Assembly: GCA_963775425.1 (NCBI GenBank)
Contig: CAVZJB010000008.1
Coordinates: forward strand, 128,001 to 192,000
Direction of reading: 5' to 3'
Origin: an uncultured delta proteobacterium
Lineage (GTDB): Bacteria > Myxococcota > UBA727 > VGSZ01
Length of the DNA: 64,000 nt
The translations under genes and the position numbers were made by a program. Below the pieces are notes generated by a model. The model did no database searches. It was given only the letters and a program-made list of their open reading frames with translations, and had not been told where the DNA came from. Positions 36,236 to 46,275 of the stretch are shown in pieces; position 1 is the first letter of the stretch; each line of letters begins with the position of its first letter.

Positions 36236-39076
36236 ATGAACCGCATTCTTTGTCTCTTCGTCGTCACCATGCTCGTCGCGCCCGCCACCTCCGCGCTCAC
36301 GCAGGAGGAGAGCGAGCTGCCCGACGGGGGCCTCAAGTACTCCCCGAACAACCCGGGCGCGTTCCGCACCGTGGAGGACGCCAAGGCGTTCGCCGCCAAG
36401 AAGCGCAAGGAGCAGTACGACAAGGCCAAGGCCAAGGCCATCGCCAAGGCCAAGGACCGCATCAAGGTGATGCAGGACCTCGCCGCGGGCGGCGACCCGC
36501 AGGCGGCTGAGGACCTCGCGCAGGCGGACCCCAAGGTGCCCGCGGCGGCCACGTCGTCGGCGAGCCGCGCCCCCGCCGCCAACGGCGGCAAGAGCAGCGG
36601 CAAGGTCGACCTCTCGAGGTGCAAGCCGCAGAAGGGGCGGCTGTCGTTCAACTTCGACAAGGCCGCCATCAACGAGGTCCTCGATCAGATCTCGCGCATC
36701 AAGTGCATGAACTTCATCCTGTCCGACGCGGTGAAGGGCAAAAACGACATCACCATCGTGTCGCGCAGCCCCGTCACCGTCGGCCAGGCGTACGCGGCGT
36801 TCCTGTCGGCCCTCGAGGCCAACGGCATGGCCCTCGTGCCCGCCGGCGCCTTCTGGAAGGTCGTCGAGCGCAAGGACTCCGCCAAGACCACCGTGCCCAT
36901 GTACGAGGTCAAGGACGGCGTGCTCACGCGCATGACGCCCGACGAGAAGGCCTCGGGTGAGATGCCCAACTCCGACGCCAACGTCACGCTGCTCTACGAG
37001 ATCAAGTACGCGCAGAAGGAGATCGTGCAGAACCTCGTGCGCAACTTGATGTCCAAGAACGCCGACCTGCAGACGCCCGCCGGCAACCTCTTCATCCTCA
37101 CGGACTCCGGCAGCAACATCCTGCGCATCATGGAGGTCCTCGACAAGATCGACGTCGAGGGCACGTCCAACCGGCTCAACACCGTCACCCTCAAGTGGGC
37201 CGACGCCCAGGGCATGGCGCAGAAGCTCAGCGACATCTTCGGCGTCACCCCGAACAAGGCCAAGGTGGCCGCGTCGACGTCGCGGGCCGTGCGCCGCGGC
37301 AAGGTCCCGCCTCGCCCGGGCATGCCCGAGGCCGAGGTCGACACGGGCGACGAGGAGGGCGGCGACATCACCGACACGCCCATCGAGAAGATCATCCCCG
37401 ACGACCGCACCAACCAGCTCCTGGTCATCTCGTCGCCCAAGGCGTTCGAGAAGGTGCTCGAGGTGCTGCGGCTCCTCGACGTGCCGGGCACGGAGTTCGG
37501 CAACGGCGAGCTCAAGATGTGGGTGGTCCCGCTCGCCAACAGCGACGCCCAGAAGGCGGCGAGCACGCTGTCGTCGTTGGCGTCGGGAGCGTCGGCGCGG
37601 CCCAACAACTCCGCGGCCAAGGGCGGCGTCAAGGCCAAGCAGGCGCAGAAGGCGGCGTCCTTGTTCGAGGGCGAGGTGAAGGTCACCGCCGACGAGAGCA
37701 CCAACTCGCTGGTGGTGGTGGCGTCCGCGCGCGACTTCCGCGCGCTCAAGAGCGTCATCGACAAGCTCGACGTGCGCCGGCCGCAGGTCTTCGTCGAGGC
37801 GGCCATCATGGAGGTCGGCATCACGCAGGACCGCTCCGTGGGCCTGAACGCCTACGCGTCGACGCCGGTGCCCGGCCTCGGCAGCACGCCGGGCATCGGG
37901 ATCATCGCCAACGAGGGCGGCCGGCAGCTCTTCCAGGACTCGGCAAAGGTGGTCGCCGGCCAGCAGGTGCTCCAGGAGCTGGCCGCGTCCAACCGCCTCG
38001 ACGCCACCAACATCCAGCCCGTGGTGGACGCCGCCACCTCGATCTCGAGCTTGCTTGGCTTCCTTTCGTTCGTAGGACCTTCGGTCGAGGTCATCCCCGG
38101 CTTGTCCCTGCCGTCGGTGGGCGCCGTGTTGAACCTCCTGCAGTCGAACACCAACGTGGACATCCTCTCTACGCCGCACATCATGACCACCGACAACGAG
38201 AAGGCCGAGATCTCCGTCGGTGAGCGCGTCCCCGTGGTGCGCGGCATCGCGCCCGTGTCGGGCGCGGGCGCGCTCGGCTTCGGCGGCCTGCAGCAGGTGG
38301 CCTACGAGGACGTGAAGCTCAAGTTCTCCATCACGCCGCACGTCAACAGCAACGGCGAGGTGCGCATCGAGCTCGAGCAGGAGGTCAGCGATCTCGGCGG
38401 GCAGGTGAGCGTCGGCAACGGCCTCACGCAGCCCATCATCACCAACCGCAACGTGAAGAACACGGTGGTCGCCAAGGACCAGCAGACCATCGCCATCGCG
38501 GGCCTCATCAGCGACAGGAAGAGCGACACCGAGAGCAAGATCCCGTTCTTCGGCGACATCCCCATCGTGGGTTGGCTCTTCAAGACCTGGAAGGACAACA
38601 AGGCCAAGAGCAACCTGCTCATCGTGCTCACGCCGTACATCGTGCGTGACGACGAGGACTTCCGGAAGATCTACGAGCGCAAGATGGCCGAGCGGAAGGC
38701 CTTCGTGGAGGCGTACTTCTCCGACGGCCGCATCTACAACCCGTACATCGACTACGACAAGAAGACCGGCCCGCTGGGATCCCTGGTCCACACCATCGAC
38801 TACGAGATGGAGAAATTGGAAAACGGCGGCAAGGGTCACGGCGAGGAGCTGATCGGGCCCGACACCGGCGTCCGCACACGCTCCGTCGGCGAGGGCGAGG
38901 GCGAGGGCGAGGGCGATCAGACGCACGCCGTGCCGCCGGGACCGCCGGAGACCGACGAGGACGGCGGCGGGGAGACCGCGCCGCCGCCGCCCGGTGGGAC
39001 GTCGGACTCGCCGCCCGAGACGCCCCCGGACACCAGCTCGCCGGAGACGCCGCCGCCTCCGCCCCCCGAGAAGTGA
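36236..39076 (+). CDS. gspD: Type II secretion secretin GspD with N-terminal extension and GE/Pro-rich C-terminal tail
   Basis: N0 FNFDKA.I; N-domain repeats; QVFVEAAIMEV, ILSTPHI.T.DN..A.I.VG, KIPFFGDIP.VGWLFK, LLIVLTP. Confidence 0.96.
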   Translation: MNRILCLFVVTMLVAPATSALTQEESELPDGGLKYSPNNPGAFRTVEDAKAFAAKKRKEQYDKAKAKAIAKAKDRIKVMQDLAAGGDPQAAEDLAQADPKVPAAATSSASRAPAANGGKSSGKVDLSRCKPQKGRLSFNFDKAAINEVLDQISRIKCMNFILSDAVKGKNDITIVSRSPVTVGQAYAAFLSALEANGMALVPAGAFWKVVERKDSAKTTVPMYEVKDGVLTRMTPDEKASGEMPNSDANVTLLYEIKYAQKEIVQNLVRNLMSKNADLQTPAGNLFILTDSGSNILRIMEVLDKIDVEGTSNRLNTVTLKWADAQGMAQKLSDIFGVTPNKAKVAASTSRAVRRGKVPPRPGMPEAEVDTGDEEGGDITDTPIEKIIPDDRTNQLLVISSPKAFEKVLEVLRLLDVPGTEFGNGELKMWVVPLANSDAQKAASTLSSLASGASARPNNSAAKGGVKAKQAQKAASLFEGEVKVTADESTNSLVVVASARDFRALKSVIDKLDVRRPQVFVEAAIMEVGITQDRSVGLNAYASTPVPGLGSTPGIGIIANEGGRQLFQDSAKVVAGQQVLQELAASNRLDATNIQPVVDAATSISSLLGFLSFVGPSVEVIPGLSLPSVGAVLNLLQSNTNVDILSTPHIMTTDNEKAEISVGERVPVVRGIAPVSGAGALGFGGLQQVAYEDVKLKFSITPHVNSNGEVRIELEQEVSDLGGQVSVGNGLTQPIITNRNVKNTVVAKDQQTIAIAGLISDRKSDTESKIPFFGDIPIVGWLFKTWKDNKAKSNLLIVLTPYIVRDDEDFRKIYERKMAERKAFVEAYFSDGRIYNPYIDYDKKTGPLGSLVHTIDYEMEKLENGGKGHGEELIGPDTGVRTRSVGEGEGEGEGDQTHAVPPGPPETDEDGGGETAPPPPGGTSDSPPETPPDTSSPETPPPPPPEK

Positions 39077-39079
39077 ACC

Positions 39080-40936
<1,857 letters not shown>

Positions 40937-41042
40937 CCGCCGCGCGCCGCGCCGGCTCGGAGGGGAATGCGCTCGACGCTCGTCGCGGCGCGCTCCCGGC
41001 GCGGCGGCGCGTCCTCCGCGGCGCGCCGCGAGGGGTGCGCTG

Positions 41043-42275
41043 ATGCCCGTCTACGAGTTCAGGGGCTTCGACGCCGCCGGCAAGGCCATCAAGGGCGTTC
41101 GCGACTCCGACAGCGCCAAGGGCCTGCGCAACATCCTCAAGCGCGAGGGCATCCTCGCCACGGACGTCAAGGAGTCCGGCAAGAGCGCCGGCGGCAAGTC
41201 CGGCGGCGCGCTCGGCAAGGAGGTCAACCTCACGTTCCTCCAGCGCGTGTCCACCGAGGAGATCGGACTCACCACGCGCCAGCTCGCCACCCTGCTGCAG
41301 GCGGGCGTGCCCATGGTCGACTCGCTGAACGCGCTCATCGACCAGACGGAGAACCCGGTCCTCAAGCGCATCCTGTCGCAGGTGAAGACGGCGGTGAACG
41401 AGGGCACGTCGCTCGCCGACGCCCTCGTCAAGCACAAGCCCTTCGACCACATCTACGTGAACATGGTGCGCGCGGGCGAGAGCTCCGGCACGCTCGACGT
41501 CGTCCTCGAGCGCCTCGCCGACTTCAAGGAAGGCCAGGCCAAGATCCAGGGCGAGATCCTCGGCGCGCTCATGTACCCCATCATCATGGTGTTCGTGGGC
41601 CTGGTGAACATCGCCATCATGTTCACCGTCGTGGTGCCGCGCATCACCAAGATCTTCGAGCACGCCAAGGTGGAGCTGCCGCTCACCACGCGCATCCTCA
41701 TCTTCATCTCCTCCGCCGCGCGCGACTTCTGGTGGCTCATCTTCGCCGTCGTCGGCGTGAGCGTGTGGTTGTTCACCCGCTGGAAGAGCACCCCCGCGGG
41801 CCGCGCGCGCTGGGACGCCATCACCCTCAAGATCCCGGTGTTCGGCTCGCTGCGCCGCATGATCGCCGTGAGCCGCTTCGCGCGCACGCTCGGAACCCTG
41901 CTGTCATCGGGCGTGTCGTTGCTCGTGGCGCTCGACATCGTGAAGAACGTGGTGGCCAACGCCGTCCTTGCTCGTGTGATCGAGACCGCCAGCGACGCCA
42001 TCCGGGAAGGCGAGGAGATCGCGCCGCCGCTCAAGCGCTCGGGAGAGTTCCCGCCCATGGTCATCCACATGATCGCGATCGGCGAGAAGTCCGGCCAGCT
42101 CGAGTCCATGCTGAGCCGTGTGGCCACCGCCTACGAGCAGCGCGTCGACGTGCGCATGAAGGGACTGATGAGCCTGCTCGCGCCGTTGCTCATCCTGGCC
42201 ATGGGCGGCGCCGTCGGCTTCATCGTGTTTTCCATCATCACCCCGATTCTGCAGATGTCCAGCCTCGCCAAGTAG
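41043..42275 (+). CDS. gspF: Type II secretion platform protein GspF
   Basis: TRQLATLL.AGVP, AGESSG.L, MYP and GEKSGQL motifs. Confidence 0.96.
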   Translation: MPVYEFRGFDAAGKAIKGVRDSDSAKGLRNILKREGILATDVKESGKSAGGKSGGALGKEVNLTFLQRVSTEEIGLTTRQLATLLQAGVPMVDSLNALIDQTENPVLKRILSQVKTAVNEGTSLADALVKHKPFDHIYVNMVRAGESSGTLDVVLERLADFKEGQAKIQGEILGALMYPIIMVFVGLVNIAIMFTVVVPRITKIFEHAKVELPLTTRILIFISSAARDFWWLIFAVVGVSVWLFTRWKSTPAGRARWDAITLKIPVFGSLRRMIAVSRFARTLGTLLSSGVSLLVALDIVKNVVANAVLARVIETASDAIREGEEIAPPLKRSGEFPPMVIHMIAIGEKSGQLESMLSRVATAYEQRVDVRMKGLMSLLAPLLILAMGGAVGFIVFSIITPILQMSSLAK

Positions 42276-42295
42276 GGCGGGGGCTCGCCCCCCGC
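42272..42295 (+). repeat. Single GTAG-type REP overlapping the gspF stop codon
   Basis: GTAGGGCGGGGGCTCGCCCCCCGC; its TAG is the gspF stop. Confidence 0.7.
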
Positions 42296-42310
42296 TTCAA
42301 GGAGTCAGCC

Positions 42311-42745
42311 ATGCAACGCATCAACCTCAAACAGAACCCTCGGCGCCGTCGTCGTGGACCGCGGGGCATGTCGCTCCTCGAGATCATGGTCGTCATCACG
42401 CTCATCGGCCTGGTGACCGCCGCCATCGGCGTCGCCGTCATGGGCCGCCTCGAGGAGGGCAAGATCAAGACGGCCCGCAACGAGGCCTACGAGATCGCCA
42501 AGTCCATGGAGATCTACAAGCTCAACAACGGCCGCTACCCGACCACGGCCGAGGGCATCCAGGTGCTGGTGACGCCGCCCAAGGGCAAGCCCGTCCTCGA
42601 GACCATGCCCCAAGACCCGTGGAACGCCGACTTCATCTACACCACGCCCGGCACCAAGAACCCCTCCAAGTTCGACATCCGCTCGAAGGGTCCCGACGGG
42701 CAGGAGAACACCGAGGACGACGTCGGGAATTGGCCCGAGGAGTAG
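42311..42745 (+). CDS. gspG: Major pseudopilin GspG
   Basis: RG/MSLLEIMVV prepilin motif, YP....G...L, DPW and S.GPDG...TEDD. Confidence 0.95.
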   Translation: MQRINLKQNPRRRRRGPRGMSLLEIMVVITLIGLVTAAIGVAVMGRLEEGKIKTARNEAYEIAKSMEIYKLNNGRYPTTAEGIQVLVTPPKGKPVLETMPQDPWNADFIYTTPGTKNPSKFDIRSKGPDGQENTEDDVGNWPEE

Positions 42746-42750
42746 CTGAC

Positions 42751-43494
42751 GTGATCCTCGCGCGCGCCCTGCCGACTCAGACGCCCTCCCGCCTTCGGGA
42801 GAGCGTGTCGTCGTGCCACGCGGTCCCGGGTGCGCGCGCAGCGGCGTTCACGCTGCTCGAGGTGATGATCGCCATCGTGCTGCTGTCGCTGATGGTGGCG
42901 GTGGCGGTGCCCGCGATGGGCGGGCTGTCGGGCGCGCAGCTCAAGGAGATGTCCGGGCTCATGGCGGGCGCCATCCGCGACACGTACGCGCGCACGGCGC
43001 TCGCGGGCAAGAGCGCGCGGCTCGTCATGGACTTCGATCAGAACGCCTGGTGGATCGAGGAGGCGCCGACGGTGGCGCGCGTCCACCGGCAGAACATCGA
43101 GGCCGATCGCGACGGCAAGGCGCAGCTCGACCCCAAGGACGAGCGGCTCGATCGCATCGAGGCGGACACGCAGGACGAGAAGGAGCGCACCGAGCTCGAG
43201 CTGCTGGCGCCGCCGCAGTGGAAGGCCGTCGACGGCGAGGACGGCAAGCCGCACAAGCTCGAGGGTGACGTGCGCTTCAAGGACGCCTGGATCGAGCACC
43301 TCGACGAGAAGATGTCCAAGGGCCAGGTGGCGCTCTACTTCTACCCCGGCGGCTTCACCGAAGAGGCCATGATCACCCTCACCGACGACGACGAAGGCGA
43401 GCGCACGCTCACGCTCATCGTCAACTCGCTGACGGGCGAGGTCTCCATCGAGTCCGATGAGCCCCGCGTGCCGGAAGTGGTGGACGACACATGA
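42751..43494 (+). CDS. gspH: Minor pseudopilin GspH
   Basis: A/FTLLEVMI motif, F.P.G motif, position in operon; start uncertain. Confidence 0.85.
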   Translation: MILARALPTQTPSRLRESVSSCHAVPGARAAAFTLLEVMIAIVLLSLMVAVAVPAMGGLSGAQLKEMSGLMAGAIRDTYARTALAGKSARLVMDFDQNAWWIEEAPTVARVHRQNIEADRDGKAQLDPKDERLDRIEADTQDEKERTELELLAPPQWKAVDGEDGKPHKLEGDVRFKDAWIEHLDEKMSKGQVALYFYPGGFTEEAMITLTDDDEGERTLTLIVNSLTGEVSIESDEPRVPEVVDDT

Positions 43495-44210
43495 AGGCGC
43501 GTGCGTTCACCCTGCTCGAGATGATGGTCGCCATCGCCATCCTGTCGATGGGCCTCGTCGTGCTCCTGCAGGTGCAGGCGCGCTCCATCTCGCTCGCGCA
43601 GCAGGCGCGCGACATGACCGTCGCCACCATGCTCGCGCGGGGCAAGCTGCTCGACTGCGAGACCGACCTGTTGAAGAAGGGCTTCTCCGTCGGCGACTAC
43701 GAGGACGACGGCAAGTTCGACGAGGAGGGCTACCCGGACTTCTACTGGGAGTGCCACGGCTACAAGCCCGACATGCCCACCATGGACGCCTCGAGCGGCG
43801 GAGGCGATCTCTCGGGCCTCATGGGCGGCGCCGCCGGCGACGCGGCCGGCGCGGCGCAGGATCAGGGCGCCGACATCGGGATGCAGTTCCTGGCGCCCAT
43901 CCTGTCGCAGATGTCCGGCATCCTCGGCGACTCCATCCGCGAGCTCGTCGTCATCGTGCGCTGGGGCCAGGGCGAAGACGCGCAGGAGATGACGGTCACC
44001 ACGCACGTCATCGACAAGGGGCCGGTGAACCAGGTGGCCGGCATGATCTCGGCGCAGGCGGGCGCGCTCAAGTCGCTCACGGGCGGCGGCGCTGCCGGCG
44101 GCGGCGGCTCCACCGGCGGCAAGGGCGGCTCCTCGGGCGGAAGCACGAGCAAGAGCCCGACGCGTCCTACGCCGCGGACGCCGGCGCCGCCGAAGGGGAG
44201 GCTCAAGTGA
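43491..44210 (+). CDS. gspI: Minor pseudopilin GspI
   Basis: RA/FTLLEMMVA motif and operon position. Confidence 0.85.
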   Translation: MKARAFTLLEMMVAIAILSMGLVVLLQVQARSISLAQQARDMTVATMLARGKLLDCETDLLKKGFSVGDYEDDGKFDEEGYPDFYWECHGYKPDMPTMDASSGGGDLSGLMGGAAGDAAGAAQDQGADIGMQFLAPILSQMSGILGDSIRELVVIVRWGQGEDAQEMTVTTHVIDKGPVNQVAGMISAQAGALKSLTGGGAAGGGGSTGGKGGSSGGSTSKSPTRPTPRTPAPPKGRLK

Positions 44211-44863
44211 ACAAGCGCGCCCCCCGCGGCTTCTCCCTCATCGAGATCATCATCGCGGCCACCTTGCTCGCCATCATGGGCGGGCTGTTGCTGACGTCGT
44301 TGTCGTCGTCGCTCGACGCCAAAGAGCGCGTGGAGACCATCAGCAACCGCTATCACCTCGTGCGCTCCGCGATGAGCCGCATGTGCGACGAGATCTCCAT
44401 GGCCTACGTCGCCGGCCAGGGCCACGTCGCGCTCACCGAGCCGCGCACCAAGACGGGCTTTCTCGGCGAGCGCGACAGCCTCAAGTTCACCGGCTTCGGC
44501 TACGTGCCCCGCCGCGAGGACGAGAAGAAGAGCGATCAACGGCAGCTCGCCTTCTATCTGGACACCGACCCGAGGACGCAGACGCAGTCGTTGTTCCGCC
44601 GCGAGCAGGCCAACATCGACGACGACTTCGAGGAGGGTGGGCGCCCGCTGGTGCTCCTTCCCGACGTGCGCGACCTCAGCTTCGAGTACTGGGACGCGGC
44701 GCACGAGGAGTGGAAGGACAAGTGGGACTTCACGGCGCCCGAGGCCGACGGCAAGCTGCCGCAGCGCGTGCGCATCAAGCTCACCGCAGTCATGGAGGAC
44801 GGTCGCGAGCAGACCTTCGTCACGCAGACGAAGCTCTGGCTGCTCACGCCGCTGACGTTCTGA
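44207..44863 (+). CDS. gspJ: Minor pseudopilin GspJ
   Basis: RG/FSLIEIII motif; W...W....LP..VRI C-terminal motif. Confidence 0.88.
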   Translation: MNKRAPRGFSLIEIIIAATLLAIMGGLLLTSLSSSLDAKERVETISNRYHLVRSAMSRMCDEISMAYVAGQGHVALTEPRTKTGFLGERDSLKFTGFGYVPRREDEKKSDQRQLAFYLDTDPRTQTQSLFRREQANIDDDFEEGGRPLVLLPDVRDLSFEYWDAAHEEWKDKWDFTAPEADGKLPQRVRIKLTAVMEDGREQTFVTQTKLWLLTPLTF

Positions 44864-46266
44864 TGCGACGCCTTCACGCCACCCTGCTCGCCTGGCACCG
44901 CGGCCTCCTCGGCCGCTCGCGGGTGTGGCGCGTCCTCATGACGCCCGTCGGCAAGCGCATCCCCGTGCGCAAGGGCAAGGGCGCGCCCAACGGCGTCGCC
45001 CTCCTCATCGTGCTCATGGCCCTCGCGCTGATGAGCGCCATCATCACCGACCTCGGCGCCAACGAGCTGATCCGCTACCGGCTCGCCTGCAACGACAGGG
45101 ACGGGATGAAGGCGGAGGCGCTCGCCGAGTCCGCCACCAACATGGCGCGCCTGCTCCTCGCCATGCAGGACGCGGTGCAGCCGCTCATCACGCAGCTCGC
45201 GTCGTCGGGCATCCCGCTGCCCGCGCACACCTTCTGGCAGCTCGTCCCCCTCGACAGCGAGCTGTTGAAGGGGCTGACGTCGGGCGCGCTGCAGTCGTCG
45301 CTCGGCCTCGACGTCAGCAAGAGCATCGAAGAGCGCAAGGCGAAGATGCAGGAGGAGCTCGAGGAGAAGAAGGCCGACTTCGACCCCGACAAGGAGGGCG
45401 CGGGCAAGGGACCGTTCGAGCCTCCCGAGGGCGGCTTCGGCTTCTTCGCGGACGAGAGCCGCGGCGAGAGCGGGTCGTTCAAGGCCGACATCCAGGACGA
45501 GGAGCAGAAGGCCGCTACGCTCCGCGGCTGGGGGCGCGACATCGCGCCCGAGAAGTGCACCGCCGTCGTCAAGCGCCTCATGACCGTGCTCCAGCCCGAG
45601 CGCTACGACTTCCTCTTCGAGGACCGCGACGCGCAGGGCAACCGCACCGACCGCGCCGAGCTCGTGGCCAACCTCTACGACTGGATCGACGAAAACCAGG
45701 AGACCACCGACGGCCACAACACCGACCTCGCCAGTTGGTGCCATCCCTCCGGCGGCTCCGAGGACTCCGTGTACTCGAGCGGTTACAAGACCATGCCGAA
45801 GAACGCGTACTTCGACAGCCCCGGCGAGCTGCGGCTCGTCCGCGGCATCACCGACGCCCACCTGCGCGCGTTCGCCGACAAGATCTCCATCTACGGCGAG
45901 GGCAAGGTGAACATCCTGTCGGCGCCATCGTCGTCGGTGGAGGCGCTCGTGTACGCCTGCGCCAACCCGGGCGAGCAGCTCGTGCAGTCTCCCATCTGGA
46001 TGCAGGAGACGGTGCAGGGCTGGGCGGAGAGCAAGCAGGTCGGCATCCTCGGCGGCGGCTTCCCGCCCACGCCCGAGGGCTTCCTCAGCTTTCTGGACTC
46101 GCGCGGCATGGCCGTCAACGACGAGTGCAAAGATCAGATGGACACGGAGTCCCACAATTTCACGGTCACGGCGACGGCGACGGTGGGCGAGGTGACGCGC
46201 ACCATGATTACGGTCATGCGCGTCGTTCGCCAGAACGAAGAGCTCTACTACTTCTCGGTTCGGTGA
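44863..46266 (+). CDS. gspK: Minor pseudopilin GspK
   Basis: G/VALLIVL motif, DWID, KNA.F.S..EL.LV.G and KVNI motifs. Confidence 0.9.
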   Translation: MRRLHATLLAWHRGLLGRSRVWRVLMTPVGKRIPVRKGKGAPNGVALLIVLMALALMSAIITDLGANELIRYRLACNDRDGMKAEALAESATNMARLLLAMQDAVQPLITQLASSGIPLPAHTFWQLVPLDSELLKGLTSGALQSSLGLDVSKSIEERKAKMQEELEEKKADFDPDKEGAGKGPFEPPEGGFGFFADESRGESGSFKADIQDEEQKAATLRGWGRDIAPEKCTAVVKRLMTVLQPERYDFLFEDRDAQGNRTDRAELVANLYDWIDENQETTDGHNTDLASWCHPSGGSEDSVYSSGYKTMPKNAYFDSPGELRLVRGITDAHLRAFADKISIYGEGKVNILSAPSSSVEALVYACANPGEQLVQSPIWMQETVQGWAESKQVGILGGGFPPTPEGFLSFLDSRGMAVNDECKDQMDTESHNFTVTATATVGEVTRTMITVMRVVRQNEELYYFSVR

Positions 46267-46275
46267 GGTTCGCGC

